DNA from: Vulcanimicrobiota bacterium
GTDB taxonomy: Bacteria > Vulcanimicrobiota > Xenobia > Xenobiales > JADMJV01
Assembly: GCA_050250895.1 (NCBI GenBank)
Contig: JBFWNU010000006.1
Location: forward strand, 55,513-119,512
Direction of reading: 5' to 3'
DNA: 64,000 bases
Positions 1-9,510 of the stretch are shown here, piece by piece. Positions within the stretch are counted from its first letter, which is position 1; each line of letters opens with the position of its first letter. The notes under the pieces were generated by a model. It made no database searches and was not told where the DNA came from. It saw nothing but the letters and a program-made list of their open reading frames with translations. Made by a program: the position numbers and the translations under genes.

Positions 1-435
1 GGTCCCGGACTCGAGACAGGGACCCTCAATCACGAAGGGATCGCGGGTGCCACCGCTGCCGTCGAGTATCTGGCCAAAGGCCAGGGTCGGACCGGTCTAC
101 AGGCCACTTATGCAAGCTTGGAACAGCACGGTCAGGCTTTGCTCGAGCGACTCTGGGCCGGGCTCGAGAGGCTACCGCGAGTGACTCTCTTCGGCCCCAA
201 TCCTGAGGCTCGTCGTACCCCGACCGTGGCTTTCACCGTGGCTGGTCTGTCCTCAGGTCAGGTGGCGGCCCGCCTGGCCGACGAGGCGGTATTTGTCTCG
301 CACGGCGACTTCTATGCTACCACCGTGGTCCGCCGTCTGGGACAGGCCGAGCAGGGCTTGGTACGGGCGGGCTGTGCCTGCTACACCACTGGCGAGGAAG
401 TGGATCGCTTGGTGGCCGCCGTAGCTGATCTCTAG
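1..435 (+). CDS. Cysteine desulfurase-like / class V aminotransferase, C-terminal part (5'-truncated by window)
   Basis: Frame 1 is open from base 1: ETGTLNHEGIAG...RTPTVAF...VFVSHGDFYA...GLVRAGCACYTTGEEVDRL, typical of the class V PLP enzyme C-terminus. Confidence 0.8.
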   Translation, partial: GPGLETGTLNHEGIAGATAAVEYLAKGQGRTGLQATYASLEQHGQALLERLWAGLERLPRVTLFGPNPEARRTPTVAFTVAGLSSGQVAARLADEAVFVSHGDFYATTVVRRLGQAEQGLVRAGCACYTTGEEVDRLVAAVADL

Positions 436-507
436 GGCCATTCTTCCTACAGACGAATGCACCACAATCTGGTAGACTGGTAGTATCGATGTTCTGGGAG
501 GTAACGT

Positions 508-924
508 TTGACGGCCCAAGACATACTCCAGCGAATTTACCAGCGAAAGTGCGAGTCCGAGTCGGATCGACTCGAGCACACCCTGGCCGCCCTGGCCGAG
601 TCTTTAGGAGCCGAACGTGCCTGCCTGCTGACCGCCTCGGGGGACCAGCATCAATACCCCGCCAAAGCCGAATTCGCCTTCAGCCGGCGTATCGTCGATC
701 GGGTCCTCGATAGCGACCAGCCGATACTCTGCCACGATGCCGTCACCGACACCAATGCTCCTAACTCCAAGAGCGTGCTGGTGCGGGGAGTGCGCTCGGT
801 GATGTGCCTGCCGCTCACGGTCCATCAGCAGAAGGCGGTGCTCTACCTGGACACCACCGCGGCGAGCGGGGCCTTTAGCCGCGAAGACCTGGCCACGGTC
901 GTGCAGGTCATCTCGGCCCTTTAG
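508..924 (+). CDS. Stand-alone GAF domain protein
   Basis: GGAGG RBS then TTG start; FSRRIVDRVL...GVRSVMCLPL...VLYLD...FSREDL GAF pattern. Confidence 0.75.
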   Translation: MTAQDILQRIYQRKCESESDRLEHTLAALAESLGAERACLLTASGDQHQYPAKAEFAFSRRIVDRVLDSDQPILCHDAVTDTNAPNSKSVLVRGVRSVMCLPLTVHQQKAVLYLDTTAASGAFSREDLATVVQVISAL

Positions 925-936
925 GCCGCCCGTGCC

Positions 937-2295
937 TTAGCGACTCTCGTCTCCGCTGAATTTCTTCAAGTCGACCAGGGCGTAGCGCAGCACCTTGCCG
1001 CGCCGCAAAGTCAACATCACCTGGTCTTTCTCTTTATAGTTGGGGGCCAATTTCTCGAGGCTGTCGAGATCGTGCACCGCCCGGCCGTCGACAGCGATTA
1101 GCACATCACCCACTTCGACGCCGGCCTCGTCGGCAGCGCCTCCGCGAGACACATAAGACACCAGCACGCCATCGCGGTCGTCAAGGCGAAACTCGAGATA
1201 GAGCGCGTAAGTGATCTCCTTGACCAGGATGCCCAGCCCGGTCTCGGTCTCGCGGGCGTCGACTGGGGGTTGAGTCCCCACCGTGATGGTGAGCGGGACC
1301 TCCTGCTTATTGCGCACCACCGTCAACTGGGCCTGCTTACCCGGCTCGAGGGCTGTAACCATCTGGGCGAAGCGGTTGATCTCCTCATCCTGTTCGGCTT
1401 CGACGGGCTCCCCATGGAACGACGTGATGACGTCGCCCGACTGCATCCCGGCCCGGGCGGCCGGACTGTCGGGCTGCACATCCGATACCAGGATCCCGCG
1501 GGTAGTGGGAACCTTCAGATAGGCCGCCATCTCGCGCGTGAACGGCTGCAGATAGACGCCGATCCAGCCGCGTTCGATGCGACCCTCGACTTCGGTGCGG
1601 GTGGTCACCTCTTTGACCACGTTCGAGGGGATCGTGAAGCCCTGGCCTCGCCCGATGCCCACCGAATTGATGCCGAGCACTTCGCCGCGCAGGTTGATGA
1701 GCGGCCCCCCAGAGGAGCCGGGATCGATCAGGGCGTCGGTCTGGATGAAGTCGTTGAGCAACTGCACTTCGCTGTCGAGGCCCGGGATGTAGCGGCCTTT
1801 ACCGCTGACGATGCCAAACGAGACAGTGCGATCGAAGCCATAGGGATTTCCGATGGCCAGCACCCACTCGCCTACGCTGACGCTGTCGGAGTCGGCCAGG
1901 GTGGCGGCCGGAAACTCTCGCTTGGCGTCGATCTTGATGAGCGCCAAATCGGTCTGCTTGTCCTTTCGCAGCACCCGAGCTTCGTATTTGGTCTTGTCGT
2001 CAAGGATCACCGAGATGTATTCAGCCCGGTCGATAACGTGATGATTGGTCACGATCTTGCCGTCGGTGCTCACGATCAACCCTGACCCCAGACCCTTTCG
2101 CCGCATGTCTGCCCGCCGCGAGTTGACCTCGATGTGGACCACCGAGGGCTTGATTTTGTCGCTGAGTTCAACGATGAGAGCCTGCAGCGACTCGAACGTT
2201 TCGAGCCCCTGGCCGGCCGGGCGGGCCAGGGCGGGGCTCACCCGGGCCAAGGTCAAGAACAGGCACAACAGTAAGGCGAAGCGGCGATTGATCAC
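937..2295 (-). CDS. HtrA/DegP-family serine protease with two PDZ domains
   Basis: Triad motifs TNHHV, TDLA, DPGSSGGPL; two PDZ repeats; signal peptide after GTG at 2295 (the ORF-track start at 2424 overlaps the divergent gene). Confidence 0.9.
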   Translation of the reverse strand: MINRRFALLLCLFLTLARVSPALARPAGQGLETFESLQALIVELSDKIKPSVVHIEVNSRRADMRRKGLGSGLIVSTDGKIVTNHHVIDRAEYISVILDDKTKYEARVLRKDKQTDLALIKIDAKREFPAATLADSDSVSVGEWVLAIGNPYGFDRTVSFGIVSGKGRYIPGLDSEVQLLNDFIQTDALIDPGSSGGPLINLRGEVLGINSVGIGRGQGFTIPSNVVKEVTTRTEVEGRIERGWIGVYLQPFTREMAAYLKVPTTRGILVSDVQPDSPAARAGMQSGDVITSFHGEPVEAEQDEEINRFAQMVTALEPGKQAQLTVVRNKQEVPLTITVGTQPPVDARETETGLGILVKEITYALYLEFRLDDRDGVLVSYVSRGGAADEAGVEVGDVLIAVDGRAVHDLDSLEKLAPNYKEKDQVMLTLRRGKVLRYALVDLKKFSGDESR

Positions 2296-2365
2296 CGGGG
2301 CCGGTTCGACTTGACCTTTGATCTTCCCCCCGAGGAATCGTCTGGCCGGTTGCGAAGCTCCCGAG

Positions 2366-2854
2366 ATGGTGGTGGGAATCGTCTCGGACACGCACTGGAC
2401 CAGGCCTGAGCAGTTCGACCTCAAGCTCTTCGAGATGTTGGCCGAGGTGGACCATATTCTTCACGCCGGTGACGTGGTCAAGCCATTCGTGCTCGAGAGA
2501 TTGCGCGACCTGGCTCCGGTCACGGCCGTCCGAGGCAACTGCGACCCCTACGAACTCGATCTGCCCGATTCGGTCACGCTCGAGTGGGAGGGGGTCACCA
2601 TCGGCATGTTCCACGGCCACCAGGTGGCTCTCAATTTCAGCGAGGACGTGGTCGACTATTTTGACGGTCTGGCCGACCTGATCATTCATGGCCACATCCA
2701 CGTGCCTCGGCGTGAGCGCGTGGGGGCCTGCACCGTCTTCTGCCCCGGCAGTCCCAGCCAGCCTCGCCAATCCAGTCCCCCGGCGATCGGCATCCTCGAA
2801 CTCGAAGGCGGTCGCTTCAAGCTCGAACACCGAGCATTAAGGGTTCCAGGATAG
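2366..2854 (+). CDS. YfcE/MJ0936-family metallophosphoesterase
   Basis: SDTH, HAGD, VRGNCD, HGH, GHIH, PGS motifs; ATG at 2366. Confidence 0.88.
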   Translation: MVVGIVSDTHWTRPEQFDLKLFEMLAEVDHILHAGDVVKPFVLERLRDLAPVTAVRGNCDPYELDLPDSVTLEWEGVTIGMFHGHQVALNFSEDVVDYFDGLADLIIHGHIHVPRRERVGACTVFCPGSPSQPRQSSPPAIGILELEGGRFKLEHRALRVPG

Positions 2855-3818
2855 CCCGAATCTCGTCAAGGCTGTCGGCCCGCACCAATCGATCCCGCAC
2901 GTGACTCTGGCCGGGCGCATCCAGCCGATAGCGAGAGAGCTGGCCACGCATCTCGCGCAGGGCCACCTGCGGGGGTAGGGGGGTGGTCTCTAGCGTCAGT
3001 TCGGCCTGCCGCAGGGCCAGGCGCGCTCGCTCGGCCAGTCCGGGTTCGGCCGGCTCGGGACCCGTCAAGCCCGCGAGCAGATGGCCGAACACCCAGGGGC
3101 GACCTAGAGCGGCCCGCCCGATCATCACCCCGTCGCAGCCCGTCTGCTCGAACATCTGGCGCAGCTCGGCGGCGCTGGTGACATCCCCGTTGCCGATCAC
3201 GGGGATGCTCTCGACGGCCTGCTTGACTCGGGTGATGACGCTCCAGTCGGCCTGGCCGGTGAAGCCTTGCTCGGCGGTGCGGGCGTGAACGGTGACGCCG
3301 GCTACACCAAGCTTTTCGGCGGCCACGGCGAAGTCGACGGCCGTGTCCTTGCCTTCGTGCCAGCCGCTGCGGACCTTCACGGTCACGGGCACGGCCACCG
3401 CCTGGACCACCGCCTCGACCACGGCCGAAGCCACCTCGAGGTCCCGTAGCAGGGCAGCTCCGCCACCCTTTTTGGCCACCTTCGGGACCCAGCAACCCAT
3501 GTTGATGTCGACGATATCGGCGCCGTGGTCGACCACGATGCGGGCCGCCTGGGCCATGACCCCGGGGTCGCTGCCGAAGAGCTGCACCGCCAGCGGGCTC
3601 TCCTGGGGCGACCAGTCGAACAGTTCCATGGTGCGCTGGCGGGTGCCGTTGTGATCGAGGGCGTTGCTCGAGATCAGCTCGGTGCAGACCAATCCGCAGG
3701 CTCCCAACTCGCGGCACAAGCGACGAAAAGCATGGTGCGTCTGGCCGGCCATCGGGGCCAGCAGCAAGGCCGGATCGATCTTGATCGAACCGATATAGAA
3801 TGGGCTTGGAGGGCTCAC
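2817..3818 (-). CDS. dusB: tRNA-dihydrouridine synthase DusB
   Basis: LAPMAG, QLFG, DINMGC, VKVRSG, HARTA, GNGDV, GVMIGR motifs. Confidence 0.9.
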   Translation of the reverse strand: MSPPSPFYIGSIKIDPALLLAPMAGQTHHAFRRLCRELGACGLVCTELISSNALDHNGTRQRTMELFDWSPQESPLAVQLFGSDPGVMAQAARIVVDHGADIVDINMGCWVPKVAKKGGGAALLRDLEVASAVVEAVVQAVAVPVTVKVRSGWHEGKDTAVDFAVAAEKLGVAGVTVHARTAEQGFTGQADWSVITRVKQAVESIPVIGNGDVTSAAELRQMFEQTGCDGVMIGRAALGRPWVFGHLLAGLTGPEPAEPGLAERARLALRQAELTLETTPLPPQVALREMRGQLSRYRLDAPGQSHVRDRLVRADSLDEIRAILEPLMLGVRA

Positions 3819-3886
3819 GCTGGCCTCATTCTATCACCCGGGGCAAGGCGCAGGTCAGACTAACCCTCCGGCGAAGCACCCCTGAC

Positions 3887-5749
3887 ATGGATGTACCCGC
3901 ACGCTCGGCTCAGAGGCTCGAAGAACTCAAGCTGCGAGCCCAGGAGGCACCCAAAGAGTCCGAACTGGCCGTCTCGTTGGGCGAAGCCTACCTGCGCGAG
4001 GGCCTGGTCGAAGAGGCAGCTACCCAGTATGCCCGCTCGACCAAGCTAGACCCGCGCACCGAACTCAAGTCTCTCTACTGGGAATGGCTGGGCCTGGTGC
4101 GCGAGTCGCGGGGCGAACTCGAGGCGGCTCTAGACGCCTACTTTCAGTGGCTCGAGACCGACCCGGCCTCGGTCGAGCCGCTCGACCGCCTGGGCACGCT
4201 GCTGGTAACCTTGCAGCGCTGGACTGACGTGGTGTTGCTCAAGCCCCACTACCGCACCCGGGTCCAGTTACTGGACGAGCCCCGGGTGGCCGAGTCGATG
4301 GCTCTCTACTCTTTCGTGCTCGAGCAGTTGGGAACCCCGCTCGAGAACTCTCCCCTCGAGCTGACCTATGCGGCCCTCGAGCGCGAGTCCGAGAGTATCG
4401 CTATGCGCTACCTGCTGGGCATCCAGTTCTATCGTTCCGGCCATCTCGAGGGGGCCCGCAACGAGTTCGAGCGGGTGCTCGAACTCGATGTCCAGCAGAC
4501 CTGGGTAGAGCGGCGCTTTTCGTTGATGTGGGACGCGGCCACAGCTCGGATCATGCTGGCCCGCATCGCTCGCCTTCAGGGTTATCCCCAAGAAGCACTG
4601 GCCCGTCTCTCCGAGTCGTTCTCGCTGCATGACGAAAGCTCCGAGGGGTTGCTCGAAGTGGCTTCGGTCATGCTGGACTTCGGCCACTATGCCGAGCTCC
4701 TGGCGATTTTGCCCACCGGAGCCTCCACCGCCCTCAACCTGGATCGATTTCGCTCGGAGTGTTATCTGGGCCTGGGTCAGATCGAGCTGGCCGAGGCCGG
4801 CTACCGGCTGGTCGCTCCCGAGGCCGAAGCCGCCACCCCTGCGCCGGATGAACTCACGAAGAGTCAGCAGAACGCTCTCGAGAAGGCCGACTCGCTTTTG
4901 GCCAAAGGCGATTACAAGGGAGTGATCGATCGGCTCCGGCGGGTGGGTAGTCGCAAGCGGCCGATCTGGCAAGCGCTCGAGTATAAAGCTAAAGCCTATG
5001 TGAAACTCGAGGACTGGAACCGCGCCATCAAAGAACTCGAGCGGCTGGTCGAGCTCAGGCCTGACTCGACGCTTGCCTGGGATTTGCTCTCCTTAGCCTA
5101 CTTGAGGACCGATCAGAGGTTGCGCCACCGGTTGGCCGGGCTGCAGCGAGAGAAGCTCTCTTCCCGAAGGGTCCCCGAGGTGGGCCTGGTCTGGCCTGCC
5201 GTCGAGTCTCGCAACCTGGCCGGATTGGTCCTTCAGGCCCGCGCGCTGCCAGGCAAAGGCCGGCTCGTCGTGACCGGCGATTTGCAGGGCCGCATTCGCG
5301 AGTATGCCGAGTTAGCCCTGACGGTGCTGCGCACCGAGTTCGAATCCATCGGGGTCGAAGACCCGGCCTATCGAGATCTGCATCTGCACGCTCGCGCCGT
5401 CTGGCTAGAACGAGGGCCGGCGGACGAGCCCGAGGTGACCGAAGACGCCGGAGCAGCCATCCTCGCAAGCCTCGGCAGCGCCCTGGCGGGGCGCTTTCCC
5501 GACGAGATTTCGGTGGTGGCCGGGCGTCTCGACCTGGCCGGAACGCTACGCGGCCCGCTGGCCCTCGAAGAAGGTCTGTCCCGGTTGTCGGCGGCCGGCC
5601 TGAGCTGGTCTTCGATCCTCTTGCCTCGAGCCTGCGCTCCCGAACTCTTGCGACTGCCGCCCAGCCTGGGGGTAGGCTGCCGGCTCTACCTTTGTGATAG
5701 CGCCCAGGAACTGATCGGCGCGCTGCTCTATCCCGAGGAAGCCCTATGA
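3887..5749 (+). CDS. TPR-repeat protein fused to a C-terminal Lon (S16) protease-like domain lacking the catalytic Ser/Lys
   Basis: Multiple TPR-like helices; C-terminus PGKGRLVVTGDL...ALTVLR...RDLHLH...EDAG...AGRLDLAG...LEEG aligns to Lon PGKGKLTYTGSL...ALTVVR...RDIHVH...PSAG...TGEITLRG...LKEK. Confidence 0.8.
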   Translation: MDVPARSAQRLEELKLRAQEAPKESELAVSLGEAYLREGLVEEAATQYARSTKLDPRTELKSLYWEWLGLVRESRGELEAALDAYFQWLETDPASVEPLDRLGTLLVTLQRWTDVVLLKPHYRTRVQLLDEPRVAESMALYSFVLEQLGTPLENSPLELTYAALERESESIAMRYLLGIQFYRSGHLEGARNEFERVLELDVQQTWVERRFSLMWDAATARIMLARIARLQGYPQEALARLSESFSLHDESSEGLLEVASVMLDFGHYAELLAILPTGASTALNLDRFRSECYLGLGQIELAEAGYRLVAPEAEAATPAPDELTKSQQNALEKADSLLAKGDYKGVIDRLRRVGSRKRPIWQALEYKAKAYVKLEDWNRAIKELERLVELRPDSTLAWDLLSLAYLRTDQRLRHRLAGLQREKLSSRRVPEVGLVWPAVESRNLAGLVLQARALPGKGRLVVTGDLQGRIREYAELALTVLRTEFESIGVEDPAYRDLHLHARAVWLERGPADEPEVTEDAGAAILASLGSALAGRFPDEISVVAGRLDLAGTLRGPLALEEGLSRLSAAGLSWSSILLPRACAPELLRLPPSLGVGCRLYLCDSAQELIGALLYPEEAL

Positions 5750-7185
5750 CCCAAGCCCAGGACTTACTCAATGCTCTGGCTCTGGCCCGCAAAGAGTCGC
5801 AATATTTTGGTCATGCGTTCTTGTGCACCGAGCATCTGTTGCTGGGCTTGATGGCCAGCGAAACCACTCCGGCTGCTCGTTTCTTGATTCGGCGAGGGAT
5901 GGAGATCGAGCGTCTGCGCCAGGCACTGGTCGAGCATGTCGGCCGGGGAGAACAGCCCCTGGACGACGACCCGCCCCCCAGCCTGCGGACCCTGGGCATC
6001 TTGAGGCTGGCCGAGGACATGGCGCGAACCTACGGCCGTTCCTGCGACACGCTCATCTTGCTGTGGGCGCTGCTGCAAGACCGCGATAGCGATGCGGCTC
6101 AGCTCTTGATGAGCGAGGGAGTCGACCTGGTGTCCTGGACCGCCGCCCTGGAAGAGCTGATGGGCGAACCCACCCGGCGGCGCCCGCGGGTGTTTTCTGG
6201 GGGTGGAGAAAGGCCCGCCGGGCAAGTGGCCGAGATGCGGCGTTGGCGCGAGCGGCTGCTGGGCGCCCCCGCTTTTCTTAACGACCGCATGGTGGGTCAA
6301 AGCGACGCCATCGAGCGAGTGTCCGCCATCATCACGCGCAGTTGGGCCGGTCTGGCCGGCGCCGGGCGACCCCTGGCCAGCTTTCTCTTTGCCGGGCCCG
6401 GCGGCAGCGGTAAGACGACCCTGGCCCGCAACCTGGCCGAGTTGCTCTATCAGGATCCCGAGCGGATGATCCGCTTCAACATGGACGAGTTCAACGACGA
6501 GGCTAGCGCCTGGCGCTTGACCGGCCATCGAGGGGCCCGTCCCGAAGAGCAGGAAGGCATTCTCACCCAGGTGGCCAGCGAGTATCCGTATTCGGTGCTG
6601 TATCTCGAAGACATCGATCGGGCCCACCCCCGCGCCCTGGATATCATTGCCCAGGTGCTCACCCGCGGCCACGTCACCGACGGCGCGGGTAAACGAGTCG
6701 AGTTTCGCGACCACGTGGTCGTGCTGTCGGTCACGGTCGAGGCCGATTTCATGGCCATGGAAGTGCCGGTGGGCTTTCGCCAGTCTTCGCTTCGGCCCAC
6801 CGGAATCCAGAAGATTGAAAAGAGCTTACTACCCGAGTTCGAACGGGCTCTCGGGGGCGAGCTGGTCGAGGCGGTGGACGAACTGGTGTTTTTGCCGCCA
6901 CTGGGCAAGAACGAGCTACGCGAGTTGTTGCAGAAGTGGACGGAATCCCTCACCAACAAGCTGCGCCAACGGCGCGGAATCGAGGTGGATGTGGACTCGA
7001 AAGTGCTCGACTATTTGCTCGAGCAGGTGCAGGACCGCGGCGCCGAGGACCTGCGGCGGGCTTATGTGCGCCAGGTCGAAAACCTGATCGCCCACAAGAT
7101 GCTGGAGGGTCTCTACACCGAAGACTCGTCGATCAAGGTCGAAATGGGGGAGGGGACCCCGCAGGTCTCGATTCTAGGAGTCTGA
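5746..7185 (+). CDS. ClpA/ClpC-like protein: Clp N-domain plus a single degenerate second AAA+ module
   Basis: GHAFLCTEHLLLGL Clp-N repeat; VGQSDAI, RPLASFLFAGPGGSGKT, PYSVLYLEDIDRAHP, TDGAGKRVEF; no D1 or M domain; ATGA overlap with upstream gene. Confidence 0.85.
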   Translation: MTQAQDLLNALALARKESQYFGHAFLCTEHLLLGLMASETTPAARFLIRRGMEIERLRQALVEHVGRGEQPLDDDPPPSLRTLGILRLAEDMARTYGRSCDTLILLWALLQDRDSDAAQLLMSEGVDLVSWTAALEELMGEPTRRRPRVFSGGGERPAGQVAEMRRWRERLLGAPAFLNDRMVGQSDAIERVSAIITRSWAGLAGAGRPLASFLFAGPGGSGKTTLARNLAELLYQDPERMIRFNMDEFNDEASAWRLTGHRGARPEEQEGILTQVASEYPYSVLYLEDIDRAHPRALDIIAQVLTRGHVTDGAGKRVEFRDHVVVLSVTVEADFMAMEVPVGFRQSSLRPTGIQKIEKSLLPEFERALGGELVEAVDELVFLPPLGKNELRELLQKWTESLTNKLRQRRGIEVDVDSKVLDYLLEQVQDRGAEDLRRAYVRQVENLIAHKMLEGLYTEDSSIKVEMGEGTPQVSILGV

Positions 7186-7413
7186 CTTCTTCTCACCCTC
7201 GTTGAGCAGGCTCAGCACGCTGGGCAGCTTGATCTTGCCGGAGTCGACCATCTTGCAAAAGGCGGCCGCCACCGAAAAGCCCACCGTAACGGCCAGGCCG
7301 GCTTTGCCCAGGGCTTCGAAGGTGTCACCCAGGACCTGCCAATCCTGGGAAGGGTCGTGGCGCACTACTGCTTGCTCGGGTTGACGAGTGATTTGTTGTT
7401 CTTGGCTAGTCAC
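7174..7413 (-). CDS. Small hypothetical protein with one hydrophobic segment
   Basis: 79-aa ORF directly downstream of and co-oriented with the NHL gene; fills an otherwise empty gap. Confidence 0.5.
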   Translation of the reverse strand: MTSQEQQITRQPEQAVVRHDPSQDWQVLGDTFEALGKAGLAVTVGFSVAAAFCKMVDSGKIKLPSVLSLLNEGEKKSDS

Positions 7414-7432
7414 AGAGCCAGAAATTCAAGAA

Positions 7433-8440
7433 TTATTTGTCTGTATCCTCTTCTTCGGGCGGCTGCGGCGGCGGGACAGGACACCAAACGAAGACCGACG
7501 TGGGGTTGCGCAGCTGGCTGTCGGGGTCGTCGGTAGAGGAGAAGACCAGCAGTTCGCGCGGGCGGAAGGCGTCATAACGAATCAACCGATCGTTGCCCGA
7601 GTCGGCCACGAAGAGGTGTCCTTCCTCGTCAATAGCCAGGCCTTGCGGTCTTTGCAACTGAGTCGCATCCACCCCGTAGCCGCCCTCTTCGCGAACTCCT
7701 TTGCCATCGATATCTTGAATGGTGATCAGGCGATGGAACGAGCCGTCGACGAAATAGATCTGGCGGCGTTCGGTGACCACCTGACCGGGGGCCACGCTGG
7801 CGGTGCGCAAACCCTGGCCGCGATAGACGTGGACATAGAAGACATCCTCGCTTTGACGAATGTGAATCACCTTGCCGCCCGGCGGGTCTTCGCCGCAAGT
7901 GGCATAGAGGTCGCCGCGAAAATCCAGCCACAACTGGTGCGGCTGGGTCATCTCGGGATGCTTGATGGTGAACAACAACTTGCCGTCCCATTTGTCATAG
8001 AGCAGGATCTGGTCGTTGTCGGTGTCGGCGATATAGACGTTGTCGCCTTTTACGCAGACACCCCCGGGATGGTTGAAGCCCCCCATTTCGACCCAGCCGC
8101 GCCCGGTCATCTCATCGACCCGGACCACCCGATTGTTGCCGGTGTCGGCGATGTAGATACGACCCTGCTCATCAACCCAGACTTGCCCGGGTTCGAGAAA
8201 TCGGCCCAATCCGAAACCGGCATAGCCCAGGGCGGTGAACCCTTTGCCGGTCATGTCTTCCATGTAGACAATGCGGCCGTTGCCGGTGTCAGAGAGCCAG
8301 ATGCCGGGGGGCCGAACCTTTTGTTCTTCGGCGGGCTTGTCTTTGAGCTTCGCCTTCTTCTTTTGGGCCTGGGCGCTGGGCGTCAGCGCCACCATTGCGA
8401 CTACTAACAGAAGGCTTACCAGGATATGGAGGCGTTTCAT
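7433..8440 (-). CDS. Secreted NHL-repeat (beta-propeller) protein
   Basis: Signal peptide (AQA); repeated [11 protein letters not shown] / VYIADTDND / PQGLAID...FVADSGNDR. Confidence 0.85.
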   Translation of the reverse strand: MKRLHILVSLLLVVAMVALTPSAQAQKKKAKLKDKPAEEQKVRPPGIWLSDTGNGRIVYMEDMTGKGFTALGYAGFGLGRFLEPGQVWVDEQGRIYIADTGNNRVVRVDEMTGRGWVEMGGFNHPGGVCVKGDNVYIADTDNDQILLYDKWDGKLLFTIKHPEMTQPHQLWLDFRGDLYATCGEDPPGGKVIHIRQSEDVFYVHVYRGQGLRTASVAPGQVVTERRQIYFVDGSFHRLITIQDIDGKGVREEGGYGVDATQLQRPQGLAIDEEGHLFVADSGNDRLIRYDAFRPRELLVFSSTDDPDSQLRNPTSVFVWCPVPPPQPPEEEDTDK

Positions 8441-8496
8441 GGCTGGCAGGGTTCCAGCAGGTGGGAAAGAAGACCTCCCGCCCCAGGGAGGTTTGT

Positions 8497-9510
8497 ATGA
8501 GCGTATTAGATCGACTGCATCGGCGCGCCCAGTCGGAACCCAAGCGGATTCTGCTGCCCGAGAGCCAGGATGACCGGACCCTGCGGGCGGCTCGCTTGAT
8601 CGAAGACGCCAAACTAGCCGAAGCCGTGTTGCTCGGCGAGCCGACCGCTTTGCGCCAGCGAGCCGCGCGGTTAGGCTTTTCCATCGATGACGTGGAGATC
8701 ATCGACCCGGCCAAGCATCCCAAACGCGATGAATACGTCGATGCCTATTTCAAGCTGCGCCGGCACAAGGGCATGACCGAAAGCGAAGCCGAGCAGACCA
8801 TGCAAGATCGCCTCTATTTTGGCAACATGATGGTCCGCAATGGTGACGCCGACGGCACCGTGGCCGGAGCCACCAACACCACCGCCCACACCGTGCGGGC
8901 CGCTCTCCATTGTCTGGGCCTACTGCCTGGAATTCGCACCGTCTCGAGCTTCTTCGTGATGGTCTCGCCCGACCCAAGTTTTGGCGAGAATGGCTCGATG
9001 CTGTTCGCGGACTGCGGCGTGGTCATCGATCCCAACCCCGAGCAATTGGCCGAGATCGCCGCCTGCACCGCCGAATCGTGCCGGGCTTTTCTCGAGGCCG
9101 AACCCCGCGTGGCCATGCTCAGCTTCTCGACCAAAGGCAGCGCTCAGCACGCGCTGGTCGACAAAGTCGTCAAGGCTACCGAGACCCTCAAAGCGCGCCA
9201 TCCTAACCTGCTCGTCGATGGCGAACTGCAACTCGACGCGGCCCTGATTCCCAGCGTGGGCGAGAAGAAGTCGCCGGGCTCCCCGGTGGCCGGCCGGGCT
9301 AACGTCTTGATCTTCCCCGACCTGCAGTCGGGCAACATCGGTTACAAGCTGACCGAGCGCCTCGGCAAAGCCACGGCCGTAGGCCCGATCCTGCAAGGCC
9401 TCGAGCGGCCTTCCAACGACCTCTCGCGGGGTTGCAAGGCCGAGGACATCGCCGACGCCGTAGCCATTACGGCCATTCAGGCTCAGCAACGGACCCCTAG
9501 CCGAACTTGA
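8497..9510 (+). CDS. pta: Phosphate acetyltransferase
   Basis: GGAGG RBS; [55 protein letters not shown]. Confidence 0.95.
   Translation: MSVLDRLHRRAQSEPKRILLPESQDDRTLRAARLIEDAKLAEAVLLGEPTALRQRAARLGFSIDDVEIIDPAKHPKRDEYVDAYFKLRRHKGMTESEAEQTMQDRLYFGNMMVRNGDADGTVAGATNTTAHTVRAALHCLGLLPGIRTVSSFFVMVSPDPSFGENGSMLFADCGVVIDPNPEQLAEIAACTAESCRAFLEAEPRVAMLSFSTKGSAQHALVDKVVKATETLKARHPNLLVDGELQLDAALIPSVGEKKSPGSPVAGRANVLIFPDLQSGNIGYKLTERLGKATAVGPILQGLERPSNDLSRGCKAEDIADAVAITAIQAQQRTPSRT

Noticed and set aside
1700-1740. Inactive HtrA suggested by DPGSSGG instead of NPGNSGG
   Set aside because: The catalytic Ser (GxSGG) and the His and Asp motifs are all present
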